This document shows, in pieces, positions 30,520-45,900 of a DNA stretch of 64,000 bases; position 1 is the first letter of the stretch; each line of letters begins with the position of its first letter. The DNA is taken from assembly GCF_009914755.1 (NCBI RefSeq), contig NC_060945.1. One strand, 5' to 3'. Under the pieces are notes generated by a model that did not search any database, was not told the origin of the DNA, and saw only the letters and a list, made by a program, of their open reading frames with translations. This stretch comes from the human T2T-CHM13v2.0 reference genome, Homo sapiens. Both the position numbers and the translations under genes were made by a program.

Positions 30520-31349
30520 ACTGGGCCATGAGAAGTATAATGGTATATATCCTCCCCACCTCAAATCCCTTTTCACAGGCCTGCTACAAATGAGTCAGAG
30601 AAAGAAGCAAATATATCACTCCGTGTTAAATAAATGTTATCGGAGGAGGGAGGCGTAGGGCGAACAGGAACACAGGTTCAACAACAATACTTAGATTTGG
30701 AGTTTAATATACCTCATTAGCAGTTTCTTCACACTAATGGAAACAAAAACATCAGCAACCACAGACCAAAATTTCTAATCATGGGTTTCTTGTCTTGTTT
30801 TGTTATGAACACAGTGCATCCAAAAACCTTTAAGACAAAGCAACAATTTGTTCAAAAATAATTTATAATATGATAGGCATATTTAATTATTGAAAAGACT
30901 TCAATAGCTCCTTCTGGGATTCAATTAAAAATAAATGCCCCTCCCCTATGCCTTTCGCAGCCCTCCTTTTTAAGTTGTAAACCTGGCCATGCTACCACGT
31001 CACCACCTTCTCCCTTCCATGACATTTCTGAGAAGGCATTAACTGCTGACACTGGCCCAGGCTTCAGTGGAGAAAACACTAAACCTATCAACTGTTATTT
31101 CTTGTTGGGACTTGCACTGTTTGTTACGTATGTTCAATTTATAATGGAGTTTGTCAGCTTATTTTGTTTGAACTTGACACAATGGGAAAAGCCCTTACGG
31201 GTTAATTATTAATCTTGAAATCTGAAACAGATAATGAACAGGTCTTGAGCAACTGTGAAAGAGACCCAACAGCATTAGTCAAAATAGGGACTGTTCCTAG
31301 ACGACAGCAGTCTCAAGCCCCAAGGCACGACGTTACCCATTATGTGGTA

Positions 31350-31575
31350 GGGAGTAAGGGATTCATGCTTGGGGAATGGGCTTCAGAGCCAGACAGAATC
31401 GGCGGGGATTTTGCCTCTGCTGCTTGAGGCCCAAATGACAGTGGAAAGTCATTTCACATCACCAAGCCTCGGTTTCCTCACTGGTAAAATGGGAATAATA
31501 AGAGTACATGGAACAATCTGTTGGAAATCACAGTCCGCTGCCTGAGCCACAGAAGTGATCAATAAATGGCAGCCT
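31350..31575 (+). mobile_element. MIR
   Basis: gggcttcagagccagacag...aagcctcggtttcctcactggtaaaatgggaataata. Confidence 0.75.
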
Positions 31576-31648
31576 GGAAAAACCAAAGGTCGGATCTTTC
31601 CTTACGTCTGCATGTTGATTGGTCATCATAATCTCCAGTCTCCTGAGC

Positions 31649-32036
31649 TGACAGAGCTTGGATGTTGTCCTTGCCCAAATCTCATATTGAAATGTCATTC
31701 CCAGTGTTGGAGGTGGGGCCTGGTGAAGGTGACTGGATCACGGGGGAGGATTTCTCATGAATGGGTTAGTACCAGCCCCCCTTGGTACTGTCTTTGCGAC
31801 AGTGGGTGAGTTCTCGTGAGATCTATTCATTTAAAAATGTGTAGCACCTCCCCACTCGGTATCTTGCTCCTGCTCCCCTGACTCCACACTCTGGCATGAA
31901 TGGAAGTTTCCTAAGGTCTCCCCAGAAGCAGATGCCAGCATCATGCTTCCTGTACAGAACGGTGAGCCAATTAAACCTCTTTTCTTTATAAATTACCCAG
32001 TCTCAGGTATTTCTTTATAGCAATGCAAGAATGGCA
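31649..32036 (+). mobile_element. MSTB-type solo LTR (MaLR)
   Basis: cccaaatctcatattgaaatg...aattaaacctcttttctttataaattacccagtctcaggtatttc; 5-bp TSD tgagc. Confidence 0.9.
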
Positions 32037-33233
32037 TGAGCCATAATAACTGGAATTTTTCAAAAAAAATAAACAAGTATGGGAAATGCTCTCTGAAATT
32101 AGTGCCTGAATTCACAGAATCTCATTCCTTATTGATTACAATGAAAATACACAAACTCTTTCATGGCCAGAGGAAGGCACAACATAGAACAGAGATGGGG
32201 GCATCCTGAACCCCTCGTCAATGATAAACGTCAAGGATAAGAAGTGTCAATGCAAAGGACCACTGACTTGTAAAGTAATAATACATCAATTCTCTAGCTT
32301 CTTCACATCTTTACTACAAGTTTTTGCAAAAGATTATTGTTGCTAAAGATTAAAGTCACAGACAGTTCATCTTCTAAACGTAAGTAACTATTGTTGACTA
32401 AAGATGAAAAGAAGCAAAAATGTAAGGATCTTGGAAAGAACATTGCCAATGGCAAACATTATTTATTGCTCCAGAACTTATCAGAAAGGCACAAAGCAAA
32501 TCAGAGTTACCAAATAGAGATACGGTAAAATGCTAATTCTATAATACTTAGATTTTAAAAGTCACACTTTTGAGGCATAATCAAATTCCAGCTATCTCAT
32601 GGTAGGAGGTGCCAGTAGTAAAATGTATTTGCTGCTAAGTTGACTCAAGAAAGGCAGCACCAAAAACATGGCTTATAGTAGACAACCCCCAGTTATGTAT
32701 GAAAGTAACAGTAAGGATGAAACTGCATTGTGAATTTTGGAGCCGAGTGAGATTATAAGATGTGATCACTTTTTGTTAACAACCATACACAACAGCTATT
32801 ATGAATATTCCCAGTGCTTAGGACAGGGGCGAGAATGGAAGTTGTATCAGCTCGAATGCAGATGTGCTATCCTCACGAGTTCTCCTGGAAGGATCCAGAC
32901 CACAACAAGGCCAGGAAGCCAGTGGCCTGTTTCTAGAAGGCCTAATTCCTAAGAACTAGATTAATACAGTGGAATTTAAAATTCTACAATAAAAACCCTG
33001 GGTTCAATTTCTCATTCTTCTCTAGATTCTCTTAATAACAGCCCGTAACTATGGAACACAGATGAGGGTATTAAAACAAGACACCATTGGGATTCTACAG
33101 CACAAAAGACCAGACAGGAATTACATTCTAGGTAAATTAATCAAAACATAGAATAAATAGGTAGTTATCCATCCATGCTATCTAGGTGGGATTTTGGCTT
33201 AGAGAATGAAAACATTATTCAACATAGAATGGA

Positions 33234-33545
<312 letters not shown>

Positions 33546-33550
<5 letters not shown>

Positions 33551-33685
33551 AAATATATATAATATATATAAAATGTGTGTGTATATATACGTGTAATAAA
33601 TAAAATATATATGTAACATATATAAAATGTGTGTGTATATATGTGTGCGTATATATATATGTGCATATATAAAACATATATAAAA
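33546..33685. repeat. AT-rich minisatellite (~53-bp unit) in the Alu tail
   Basis: aataaaatatatat...atatataaaatgtgtgtgtatatat occurs twice plus a partial copy. Confidence 0.8.
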
Positions 33686-35352
33686 TGGAGATGTAAATAG
33701 CCTGCAATGCTATCCAGAGTCAATTTTAAGTTACTTTTTGTTTCTCTAAAATTGTATTTTAATTTAAATTACAGGGCCAGCCTGAATTCTGATAAGAAAT
33801 TCACTTTTCCTCAGGAGAAAGAAAATGTTTTCATGGCATTGTTAAAAAATGTATATATCTCCACTTTTTTAAGGGTTAAAAATCACTTTAAGTAACTGTC
33901 TTATATAAAATTAAACCTTTACAACACAAAAAGAAACCACTTCCAGTATATTAGTCTTGGTAATATGAATATATTTAACTATCATAACTTCAAATGCAAC
34001 ATTTCAACCTTGAATGTTTTCACATTGTTTTGTTTAAAAACAAAACCCAAAAAGTCTTAAGGACCTTCAGATTCCAACGCAAGAGCAACACATTAATGCT
34101 GTATTAATGAATGCTGTCTTTGACATACCGCAACCCCTCATTCTCTTCCACGTAAAAGGCTCTAGTGCTACAACATAATTGCCAAAGTAGAAGCTGTTGT
34201 GTTGTTTAAGTTCTAAGAATGAGCTGGGCAAGAAGACATTTCTTCCACTTAATGTAATCCATGTTTTCACACTAACTCCAAACGCACAACACTACACCAC
34301 AAAAGCCAGGATGCTGCATAACGGCCAAGTCTGCCTTCCTAAACATCTAAGAGATTTTCTTTTCAAGGAGACTACACTGCTTGCACTGCTTTCTGTAGAA
34401 AAAGATGAATTATTTCACACAGATTCTGGTAAAGACAGTCTCAGGAAAAGATCATTATGATGTAGACTGCCATTTTAATAAAATTAAAATCTATCTATAT
34501 TTTCTGGAGCTATTTTCCTAATTGATGTTGCTTGAAGATTTTAAAATCTCCTGAAACAGCAATTGGGAGGCCCATTTTACTGGCCAATATATAATTCCAT
34601 TAGTAAGGCAGACTAGCAAAGAATAATCATATCAATTTCCTAATCAGCTGCAACCATGCTGAATTTGAACTGGCAAACTCTGATGTGTAAGTTGCTAGCT
34701 GTGATCTTCATATCACTAAAACGAACAAGATACCATTCTAACAACTTTACACAGACATAGTCTAGGAGACATTGTTCTGCCATGGTCACAGTAACAAAAA
34801 AGTGGTATAAAATCAGTTACTTTATAAATACTGATAATTTGCAGCAATAAGGAACAGGACATTAAAAAAAGTAAATTTTCCCATAGGACACCTATGACTA
34901 GGAACTCTTCCTAAGAGAAGCCAAAGTTTTAATTATTCAGTTTCACAACTACTGTACTGGGTTACCTACTCTAAGAAAGAAAAGGTGCTCTACAGAGGTT
35001 TCCCCCACACACAAAGAATCAGCATTAATTGAGCATGATCTCTGTCATTCACAGATCTGGCAGATTCATTAACTCATTTTAAATGAATAAGGCCAACAGG
35101 ATGCGGGAAGGTGTGGCTGATTGAGTTCCAGGGCTGTATCTCAGCTTATTGATGGCACCCCATTAGGAAATTGAATACAAAGAATTGGTTTTTTTTTCTT
35201 GTAATGTTGTCATATTTAAATAACTTTTGAACTTAAACCTTCTGGCTTACAGGGCAGCATTGTCTTCATTTAATTAGCATCAAAATGATTTATAATTTTC
35301 AAAACAAAAAAGAACTAGACCTTTAAAAAAACACCCTCAGGGAAAAAAATCA

Positions 35353-35683
<331 letters not shown>

Positions 35684-36361
35684 GCAAATGAGATAGTGAA
35701 TATGACATAGCTCTGTCCCAGGGTTCTACTTTCAAAAGCAACGAAATAGAAGATGCTGGCTTGGTGGGGCTTCTGAGGGCTCTGGCCTTCATTTGGCTGT
35801 GAGAGCTACACACATGTTCATATACTTCACTTACTCCTCTAGCAAAGAAAAAGTTCTTTTTCCAATTTCCTCAGAAACTCCAGGCCAACGTAAAGGTTTC
35901 CTATCTAAGTTAGTATCAGAGGCATAAGAAATGGTAAATATAGCAACCATGCAAATAATGTGTAGCTAGAGGGAAGGAAAACGAAGAGAAGGAAGAAAAT
36001 AAAATTAAAAAGTAAACGACAAAATAATCTTGGAAGCTTTTGTGAAAAGGGAATCAGGATACACAGATTAAATCCCAGTCTGAAGTTTTGAAATGCTCTT
36101 TATTCATTGGAAGCTATCAGGAAAAGCTGCTTTTAAGAAATCCATCTTACAGCCTCAAAATTAGGGGCCCAGTTCAATTCCACTCAGCCAAACAAGTACC
36201 GTATGCCACAGGTAAGAGCACCGTGCTAAAATATCAACGTGGTTAAGATTCTTTTTAAAATGTGGTTGTGGTTGCTGAAAATTCAATAAGACAAAAAGAA
36301 TTTTTCAGTCTTAGTAAATCCTGACAACAGATTAGAATATTGTATCATTGGTATGTCTTGA

Positions 36362-36680
<319 letters not shown>

Positions 36681-37529
36681 TAAATTCACGGAACTCCTGT
36701 CTCCAATAAATATCTTTCATCACACTGCTCTGTAGTAACTTTATATGTGTACAAGAGACAGACAGACAACATTTATAAAATAAATGGTAAAAATTTAAAA
36801 TATTTTGCTCAACAAAGATGTGCAACTAGAAGTGTTCATTAGGCCCTCACTCCACTAAAATGCTGACTTTTAAAAAATCTACCTATAAACAATGTTTTAA
36901 ATTAAATTTGGAGCCAACAGTTTTCACTGATTACTTTCAATGTGGTAAATGAGAATAAACCATATAGAAAATTAGATGATACCGAATAAGCGATTGGTTC
37001 TACAACTGGCCAAAAAGGCTGGATCTCAGGACTCAGCAGCAAGGGGGTAGCAAATAGATTAGGGAAGGAGCGATGGGCATTAACTCTGAAATAAAAATAA
37101 AAAAAAAAAAAAAACAGTTCTTAGCCTTTTTCCTTCTTTACAGGACCTTGGATGAGAATTTTAAAACAATCTCCAAAGGTTCCACTGATAGCTGCCCCTC
37201 ACGGGGGCTCACCTCCTTCTCTCTCACCCACACCTCTCTTTAAAAAGCTGCCCTCCTAGCTCCCTGGAAATTTTATCAACGGCCAGTTGCTGAGAGAAAA
37301 GTGATTACGACATTTTCAAACTGGGGTTTTAACATGACTGAACCCCTCCTGAGTCTTTTAATAATTTGTATGAGAATTTGCCTGGAGGCGCAGAGCTACC
37401 CTTCTGTGCCAGTTTATGAATTCTAAACAGGCCTCATTTTTTCAATTTAGGCACAAAAACAATTCTCCCTAAAACCTCCAGGAAAAAAAAATGTCTATGG
37501 CTTATTTAACCCAATCTAACTACAAGATA

Positions 37530-38740
37530 TACTTTTTTTAAAAACGTGGTGACTGGAGCCAGAAGGTGTCTGCTCACGGGGGTGACTGCCATGGTGGTGT
37601 CAGAAGCCCCAAAGGGCAAGTCCCCCAGGGGAGGAACCGCCAGTGTCCTCACAATCCAGGCAGAGCACAGGATGGTGGCACACAACGAGACAGAGGAGCA
37701 CACTTGAAGGGGTGCCTGCAGGCCAAATCAGGGACAATTTGAGTACCAAAATAAATAACAGAATGGCCTGGCAACCCACCAAGACCTCATCTCTACAAAA
37801 AATTTAAAAATAAGCCAGGCATGGTGACATGCACCTGTAGTCCCAGCTATTTAAGAGGCTGAAGGAGGAGGATTGCTCGAGCCCAGGAGTTTGAGGCTGT
37901 GGTGAGTTCTGATTGCACCACTGCACTCTGGCTTGGATGAAAGAGCAAGACCCTGTCTCTAAAAAAAAAAATCAATAAATAATACTACTAGCAGATTATA
38001 ACCCACTGAATAAAATAGGAAACTACAAGTCCATATAGAGAGAAATAAAATTGGAAATCTGATGAGAAAGAAGAGACTTATATAATTTCAAAGTATCCCC
38101 CCACAAAACATTTACTAACATTTCTTTCCTTCACAAAGAGGAAAATAATAACTTCACAACTGGGAAGGCTGGCAATGCTGTCTTAACCAAGTGGCCAAGG
38201 TGAGTAGACAGCATCAGAAGTAGGACAGGCCAACTTCGGGAGCACTCAGAGAACACACAGGAGGAGGACACCCTACATCGTGGCCTGTGATGTGTCTGCC
38301 AGTGATGCAACGATCCAATGTGGAGTGAATCGTGAGAAAACATCTGGGCAAACCAAACTGAGGGGCATTCTACACAACAACTTGCCTGGACTCTTCCAAA
38401 GTATCAACGTTGTAAGTCCAGGAAAGACTGTGCAACTGTTCCTGACTGAAGGAGTCTAAAGACACGAGACAATCACGGGCAAGGCATGATCCTCCACTGG
38501 AAACCTTCGCCGTTTTCCAGCGCCCCGATTGACTGGCAGGAATGGGTCAGCTCATGCTGTGACTCTGACCCCTGTATGGTGGCTGTATAGAACAGTTGCC
38601 TTGAAAAACACTAATGTCTTTGGTAAGAGCCAAAGACATTTGGTACTCTCGAATGATTTAGAGAAAATAAAATTCTTCATACTGCATTGCATCGCCAACT
38701 TTTCTAGAAGTTTGTGTCAATTTCAAAACAAAAACAAAAT
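37530..38740 (+). mobile_element. L1MC-type 3' region, interrupted by AluJ
   Basis: ggccaaatcagggacaatttgag...ttataacccactgaataaaatagg...caaactgaggggcattctacacaac...tttcaaaacaaaa. Confidence 0.8.
37765..37972 (+). mobile_element. AluJ, 5'-truncated
   Basis: End of left arm, linker and right arm. Confidence 0.9.
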
Positions 38741-39626
38741 CTCAAACCCGACGGCTGATTTATTCTTAGTTATGTATACAGGTGAAAACAGATATGGATA
38801 ACTGATATAATGGAATGAGGCACAAATTACCACATCACTTATTCTACTAATGTGAGAATTAATGACAATGTATAAAATTTGCTAATTTTGTATTAGAAAA
38901 AACAAAAGGCCCTTTAGCCACATGGGTTAATGTGCTCTTCTTGTCCTCACCAGAGTATCCACACCCTCAGCCAGCAGGTTGTGCAAATTCAGGGCTTTGC
39001 TCTGTCTTTTCATGCCAAGCCACTCTTATGACCATTACCAACCCTCTGAGTACACGGAGGGCTAAGAAACACCTCCTGCATCCAAGAGTCCCAGGACACC
39101 ATCCAGAACACGGCCAGAACTAAGGAACCAAATAGGAATCCTTGTCAGGTCTTCTGCTTTCAAAGGCCATGCTGTCACAGACTGAACAAACACATGGGTT
39201 CTAGTCCCGGATCTACCCCGGAGAACTCTGTGGCAGTATCACACTGGGCCTTGGTTTTGCTATCTGGAAATTGGGGAGGTGGGTGCGATCATCTAATTCT
39301 GATCAACCCCACCAGCATTTAATAAAGGTCTCCCCTTTTGCCAGGTCCTGGTTCTGTCTTCAAGGAGCTCAAGTCTAGCAAGGAGGGGCTTGCAAACAGA
39401 TGCCTCTGGACAAGTGAGGGGTAAGGGGAGAGGGGCCATTATCTCATTAGACGGTACAGGCTCCATCCTGTTCAGGAAGAAGACACTGGAGAGGAGGGAA
39501 GGTTACAGGAAGATGGAGAATCTCAGTTGAATTTACAAGATAAAAAATAGAGGTTTCCCTAAGTGAAATAAAAGGATGGGGAGAAGAGAGCCAAGTTAAT
39601 TCAATCAGAGTCAATACTATACAATG

Positions 39627-39940
<314 letters not shown>

Positions 39941-39949
39941 AAAGCTGCA

Positions 39950-40325
39950 CAATGGTTCGTCTGCATGACCTTAGGCAAGGTAGGTAACCTCCGTCTCATT
40001 TCCTCGTTTGTATAAGGAAGATAATGGCATTATCTAACTCATCCTTGGGAGGAGGGTTAAATGTTTTCATATATTCTATATGCCTATATATTTTATATAT
40101 TTAATATTTAACCTGTAATTATTAAATCACTAATATATGGTTTATATTATATATTAATTACATATAATTATTTTAAACATTTCATAATTTAATCTACATT
40201 TACTATATTCTAAATGCTTCAGTCGCCAGGAATGTTTACTATAGTATACTCTATAAAAGGACCTGGCACATTGTATGCACGCAATAAACGCGTGTTGTAA
40301 TTTGTTATGATGATATTGATAATAT
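39950..40325 (+). mobile_element. MIR split by an AT-rich low-complexity tract
   Basis: tgaccttaggcaagg...tcatttcctcgtttgtataagg; acctggcacattgtatgcacgcaataaa. Confidence 0.65.
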
Positions 40326-40852
40326 CCATTATAATTTGGTGTGATTCGGGAAGGGGATGCAATGTGTGTGTGATGGAGGTGGGAGGGTTGCAGCAACTCG
40401 TGCAACCAGCTAATGCCAGATGAGCCAGCTGCCAGAGGCCAACAGACGCCAGGACAAGGAGTTTGAACTTGATTCTGTCAATAATGAGCGTCATTCTGTT
40501 GTAGTCCCTATGTACAGCCTATTGATTCTCAATTTAACAAGTTTGGTTATCTGGTTTGACAGCCTACAGCAAACTAAAGGCTGGGAGTTGGGGGGGTTAG
40601 TGCTGATGCAGAGGAGGAAACAGGGATGAAAAATGAAGCAACTATAGGAAGCAAATGCAATTAGCTTGAAAACTTCACCATTCTGGGCCTTACAAGCTCA
40701 ATGACCTCCACCTCACCAAATCTCTGCACGATATACCGATCAATTCTGTGGGAGGGGGAAAAAACTGACTAAAGATCAATTTAGAGTAATTTAACATATT
40801 CTGTCAAAGACGACTAGTAACAGATGAAAGGTTTAAAGGTCTTCCAAAATTA

Positions 40853-41166
40853 AGCTGGGTGCGGTGGCACAACCTGTAATCCCAGCACTTTGGGAGGCTG
40901 AGGTGGACAAATCACCTGTGGTCAAGAGTCCAAGACCAGCGTGGCCAACATGGTAAAACCCTGTCTCTACTAAAAATACAAAAATTAGCCGGGCACGGTG
41001 GCATGCACCTGTAATCTCAGCCACTCAGGAGGCTGAGGCAGGAGAATCACTTGAACCTCCAAGGCTGAGGTTGCAGGGAGCCAAGATTGCACCACTGCAT
41101 TCCATCCTGGGCGACAGAGTGAGACTCCGTCTCAAAACTAAATAAATAAATGAATAAAAAAATAAA
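40853..41166 (+). mobile_element. AluS
   Basis: Full dimer. Confidence 0.95.
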
Positions 41167-41736
41167 ACGAAACTCTTGCAAAATTATTTGAAAGGTGAAA
41201 AGCTTTTAAACTTATTGGGAAAAAAATCTTTCAGCAGGAAGAGTCATGTGCCTAGAATTCTAGAGTCCTAGACCGGAGAGTCTGGCTGGCGTCCTTCTGA
41301 AAAGTCATGAGAATGCTTCACAAATGAAAAAAATGAAGATGTGGCCTACAAGCCCTGGAGAGCTAGGATCAGTGAGAAACTCAGGACAAACTTAAGGGCA
41401 TCTCTGAAGTCAGCATAGATCCCTATAAGAAACTATATGAAAAACCCAAATCTGATTTCAACTAAAATCCATCATGCGTGACCAGACATTCATTCTGGCT
41501 CTCTGAGCTGGATATAAAGACATCATCAGGCAAAGAAGAAAAGTCTCCAGCATTTTAAAAAGTAAAAAACCCAAATCCCCTTCTTTCCCATCTGTGAGAA
41601 GCTCATAACCACCTAACGCAAAAATAAGTCCAGAAATGCAAATCAAATACCCAGCTACCAAGTGAAGTAAATTGCACAGCTAATGTCTTCCTAATAGATA
41701 CACTTCACCTTAAGATTAAGTTTAAATACCCAACAG

Positions 41737-42155
41737 TGGCAGAGATGCTAAATCAATTCCTTTTTCACCTGGGAAGTAAGGAAATGTACATTTCCAGGCC
41801 CATCACAGCTATGTGGGGGCCACACGCCTGAGTTCAGGCCAGTGAAATGTGGGTGCAAGGAATGATGGCCACTTCCAGACCCTGCCCCAGTCACGTCCCT
41901 GGAAGGCCTCCAAGCTCTATCTCTAGTATTCCCTGCACACCAAATGCAGAGAAGCCAGGTGAGGATTCTGAGAGCTTAGAACCAACTAGATAGAGGAAGC
42001 TTGGGTCCTTGTATGACCACATGGCGAGAGAGAAAGCAGTCCCCTCCCACAGCCAGCCAGCTTTGGCCTGTGACATAGGCAGTAAGTAAACCTATAAATC
42101 CATGAAGCCACTGAAATTCCGGGTTGTGCGTTACAAGAGTCAGCCACCCTGGGTG
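41737..42155 (+). mobile_element. MLT1J-type solo LTR (MaLR)
   Basis: tggcagagatgc...catttccaggcc...ggccagtgaaatgtggg...aagccactgaaatt...gttaca. Confidence 0.75.
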
Positions 42156-43403
42156 AAAAATGGCCTTGGGTTAACGAACTTCTGTGAGAATCTTCTAGGT
42201 AGTCACAAAGCTACCAAAACCACTCCAATAAAGTCTGGGAAATTTACCCCCATGGAGGTTAAACTAATTTCACAGACTTACAACCGGGACACACCTGATT
42301 CCTAAAAATCCAGGTCACTCGCTGCCTTTCAGACGCAGAAGGTAACCACTCCCTGATGGAAAACGCTACCTACTGCATTTCCTTCTACTACCAATTTGGT
42401 GACCCCAAAATGACAAAGCAGACAAGTTAGAAAAGTGCTCTTGTTAGCGTAGCCAAAAACCCTAAAGGAAAGGTTACACAATGCAGGATGAGAGAAGAAG
42501 GATGGCACTAACAACCGTCATTGAGGAAAATCATGTAAGGCAGGATGTCAAAATGTTTATTTCTACAGCAAAGCATACTTTGCATTTTCGGATATTTACA
42601 TTTAGCTCAGTGACTCGTGCAATGCAATCCTCTGACAAAGGGCCGCATTCCAATTTTTCTTAAGAGAAAATAGAGTGCAAACTTGTCTTAGCAAGTCAGC
42701 AACACCTGCATTGGCTTGGCAGGACTCTCTCACGATATGTAAATAATGAACTGCCAATAAGCTCGTTCCAGAACAAAGGAGAAGAAATTTGATTCCTCTC
42801 CCTGATGTCTCTGCCATCAGGAAATGGTTTTTTTGTTTGTTTGTTTTGTTTTTTTTTTTGTCAAATTTGGAGGAATATTGTCAAAATTGCTAACTCAAGG
42901 AGGAACAAAGACCCTCCAAAGGGGAGCAGGAGGGCCTGGATTGGGCTGCCAGTTTCCTAAAAAGGGGATGGACTTCAGTTTGGGAACAATTCATATTACT
43001 AAGAAATTGTCTTCTCTAAGACATTACCCAATGAAAGACTAAAGCTTTAAACATTTAAGTCAAATCATTTCAAATATGCCCACCATGGGTTCCAGGGATT
43101 ATGGCCCAAACAGAATGGAAGGTGATTTATCATCACCCTTGTCCAAATAATTTCCTGAAGACCATCTGACACCTGGGTCTAAGCAAAAATGCCAAAACAG
43201 CTCCATTTCTGCCACATTGGAATGTATCAAGTGTGTGATGAGCAGTCCATGAATTGAGGGGGAGAAGAGGATTCTCTACATCTCCTCACTAGCCTATTTA
43301 TGCCTGGTACTTACTTCTACAAAAGTCTCTAGTACCCACTTCTTCACATGGACTGAGCAGTGATTGAGAATTTAACCTCTGCGGCCAGAAAGACAATGAG
43401 AGG

Positions 43404-43948
43404 TGTGATAGTTAATACTGAGTGTCAACTTGATTGGATTGAGGGATGCAAAATATTGTTCTGGGTGCGTCTGTGAGGGTGTTGCCAAAGGAGATTAACA
43501 TTTGAGTCAGTGGACTGGGAGAGGCAGACCCACCCTCAATCTGGGTGGGCATCATCTAATCAGCTGCCAGCACGGCCAGAATAAAAGCAGGCAGAAGAAC
43601 ATGGAGGGGACTAGACTGGCTAAGTCTTCTGGCCTCCATCTTTCTCCCATGCTGGATGCTTCCTGCCCTTGAACATCAGACTCCAAGTTCCTCAGCTTTT
43701 GGACTCTTGGACTTACACCAGTGATTTGCCAGGGGCTCTTGGGCCTTCGGCCACAGACTGAAGGATGCACTGTTGGCTTCCCTGCTTTTGAGGCTTGGGG
43801 ACTCGAACTGGCTTCCTGGCTCCTCAGCTTGCAGAAAGCCTGTTGAGGGACTTCACCTTGTGACAGTGTGAGTCAATTCTCCCAATAAACTCCCCTTCAT
43901 ATATACATCTATTCTATTATTTCTGTCCCTCTAGAGAACCCTAATATA
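43404..43948 (+). mobile_element. MLT2A2-type solo LTR (HERVL)
   Basis: tgtgatagttaatactgagtgtcaacttgattggattga...ctctagagaaccctaatata; about 545 bp. Confidence 0.92.
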
Positions 43949-44309
43949 AGGGAGTTAACCACATTAAACATCAGTTTTTCATCCATATATGAGGTTCCTA
44001 ATAATGACCCCCTCCCAGGTGAGCCATGAGAGTTAAGCACATAATACTGGTCTTGGAAGGGAAACAATATAACAGGTGAGTTAGCGTCATTAGTATACGC
44101 AGCATGTAGTGGCAGATCCCTTACAGATCATGGGAACATGAGGAATAATGAGATTTCAGGAGTTCTAAAAAAGACCCTCCTTGTTCACAAAACACTTTCC
44201 CTAACCAAAAATTTCACTGTTTGATTTTTAAATTATTTCTCTTCTTAAGAAACATACATACACCCAAAAGGAAAAAAATCTGAGCCTTATCCGTATGAAG
44301 GTGTTTTCA

Positions 44310-44460
44310 CTGAATCCATCCATAATAATAGGGTCACTTTACAATGAGCAAACTGAGGCTTGGAGAGGTCAACTATATGGCCCAAGTTCTCGAAAGTAGC
44401 TGAGTAGAAATTCCAACGCAGGTCCACTTGCTCTTAAGTTCATGCTCCTTTCCCGGAGGA
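44310..44460 (-). mobile_element. MIR
   Basis: tttacaatgagcaaaactgaggcttggagaggtcaac...gcccaag. Confidence 0.7.
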
Positions 44461-45259
44461 TTCTGCTAGATACAGTAACTGCATTCTCCCTAAGGGAAGG
44501 TTTTTATAGCCAGACAGAATGACGGGAAGAAAAGAAAAAAGAATATGAAAATAGGAAAAAAGGCGAATGAAAGAGGTTAGGTTATGATACAGAAATGTGT
44601 GCCAGGGGGCATCCTTTTAACAAAGGTCAAGCCCTCTGAGACATAGCTCAGCAATCTTCTCCAGCCCACATCACACACAACCCTTAAATTACGGCAGCTA
44701 CTCACCTGCCTGGTGCAAAAAGAATGTTTCTGTGCATAGTGTGTCCAATATATTATTTAATAAGATACGACAAGCCCAAACATTCTTCTTGCAAATTGTT
44801 CAGAGTGGTGCAGAAGCCAAGTTTTCATGCGTAATTTTCTTTTCTAAGAATGTGAATACATTTATTTGCAGCAGACATTTGCTTTTAGTATACTTAATAA
44901 TCCTGGAAATTCAGTATGTTTCTTTCCTTAAAAATCAACATGATACCTACAAAAAGTACTTCCGGAGGGGGATGGGGGTGAGGAGGAGTACACCAGGAAA
45001 ATTGTTTAGCTCTTTGTGTGTTTTTTTTCCACTACATTTACTTTAATAACAAATCCTTGCAGTTGAGTTTCAATGTTATTCTGAGTCTTCTGGGAGGCTC
45101 CCATCTGGGTTCCAAATAATCACCATTTGCAACATTTGTAGGTGAACAGACTGTTGGTTCACAATATAGAGAAAAGAAAGATTGTTCTTTTAATGTCATT
45201 CATGATATGTGGGGGCAAAATAATTTATTAAAAAATTCAGGAGTTCAATAGAGCACACT

Positions 45260-45551
<292 letters not shown>

Positions 45552-45709
45552 ACACTTTTTTAAAAAAGATTAAACAGATGCTTTTGAAACAAGGCCAGAG
45601 TGCCCATTCACTTAGTTAATGCAGTCAGAATGGACAACTTAACAGATTCTCAGAAATCCTAATGGGAGTGTAAGATGTGATTCCTGCATGGTAGACAAAC
45701 AGTACAACT

Positions 45710-45900
45710 GCTACTAAGAAGAACAATGTTTATGGAAGAATTACGCTATGAATTTTACATATAAAAGCTCATTCAGTCTTCCCAACAATCCAGAGAGAAA
45801 AATATCATTATTATCAGGACCATTTCTCACTTACAAATGAGAAAAGTGAGGCCAAGGAGGAGAAGTCTCCCACATGAAATGGTTAACTAGTGGCCAATCA
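45710..45900 (-). mobile_element. MIR
   Basis: tcattcagtcttcccaacaatcc...ttacaaatgagaaaagtgaggcc. Confidence 0.65.

Noticed and set aside
31268-31335. Weak resemblance to U6 snRNA (aaaatagggactgttcctagacgacagca)
   Set aside because: Only about 20/30 identity by eye, with no U6 5' end or TSD. An Rfam/cmsearch hit would be needed.
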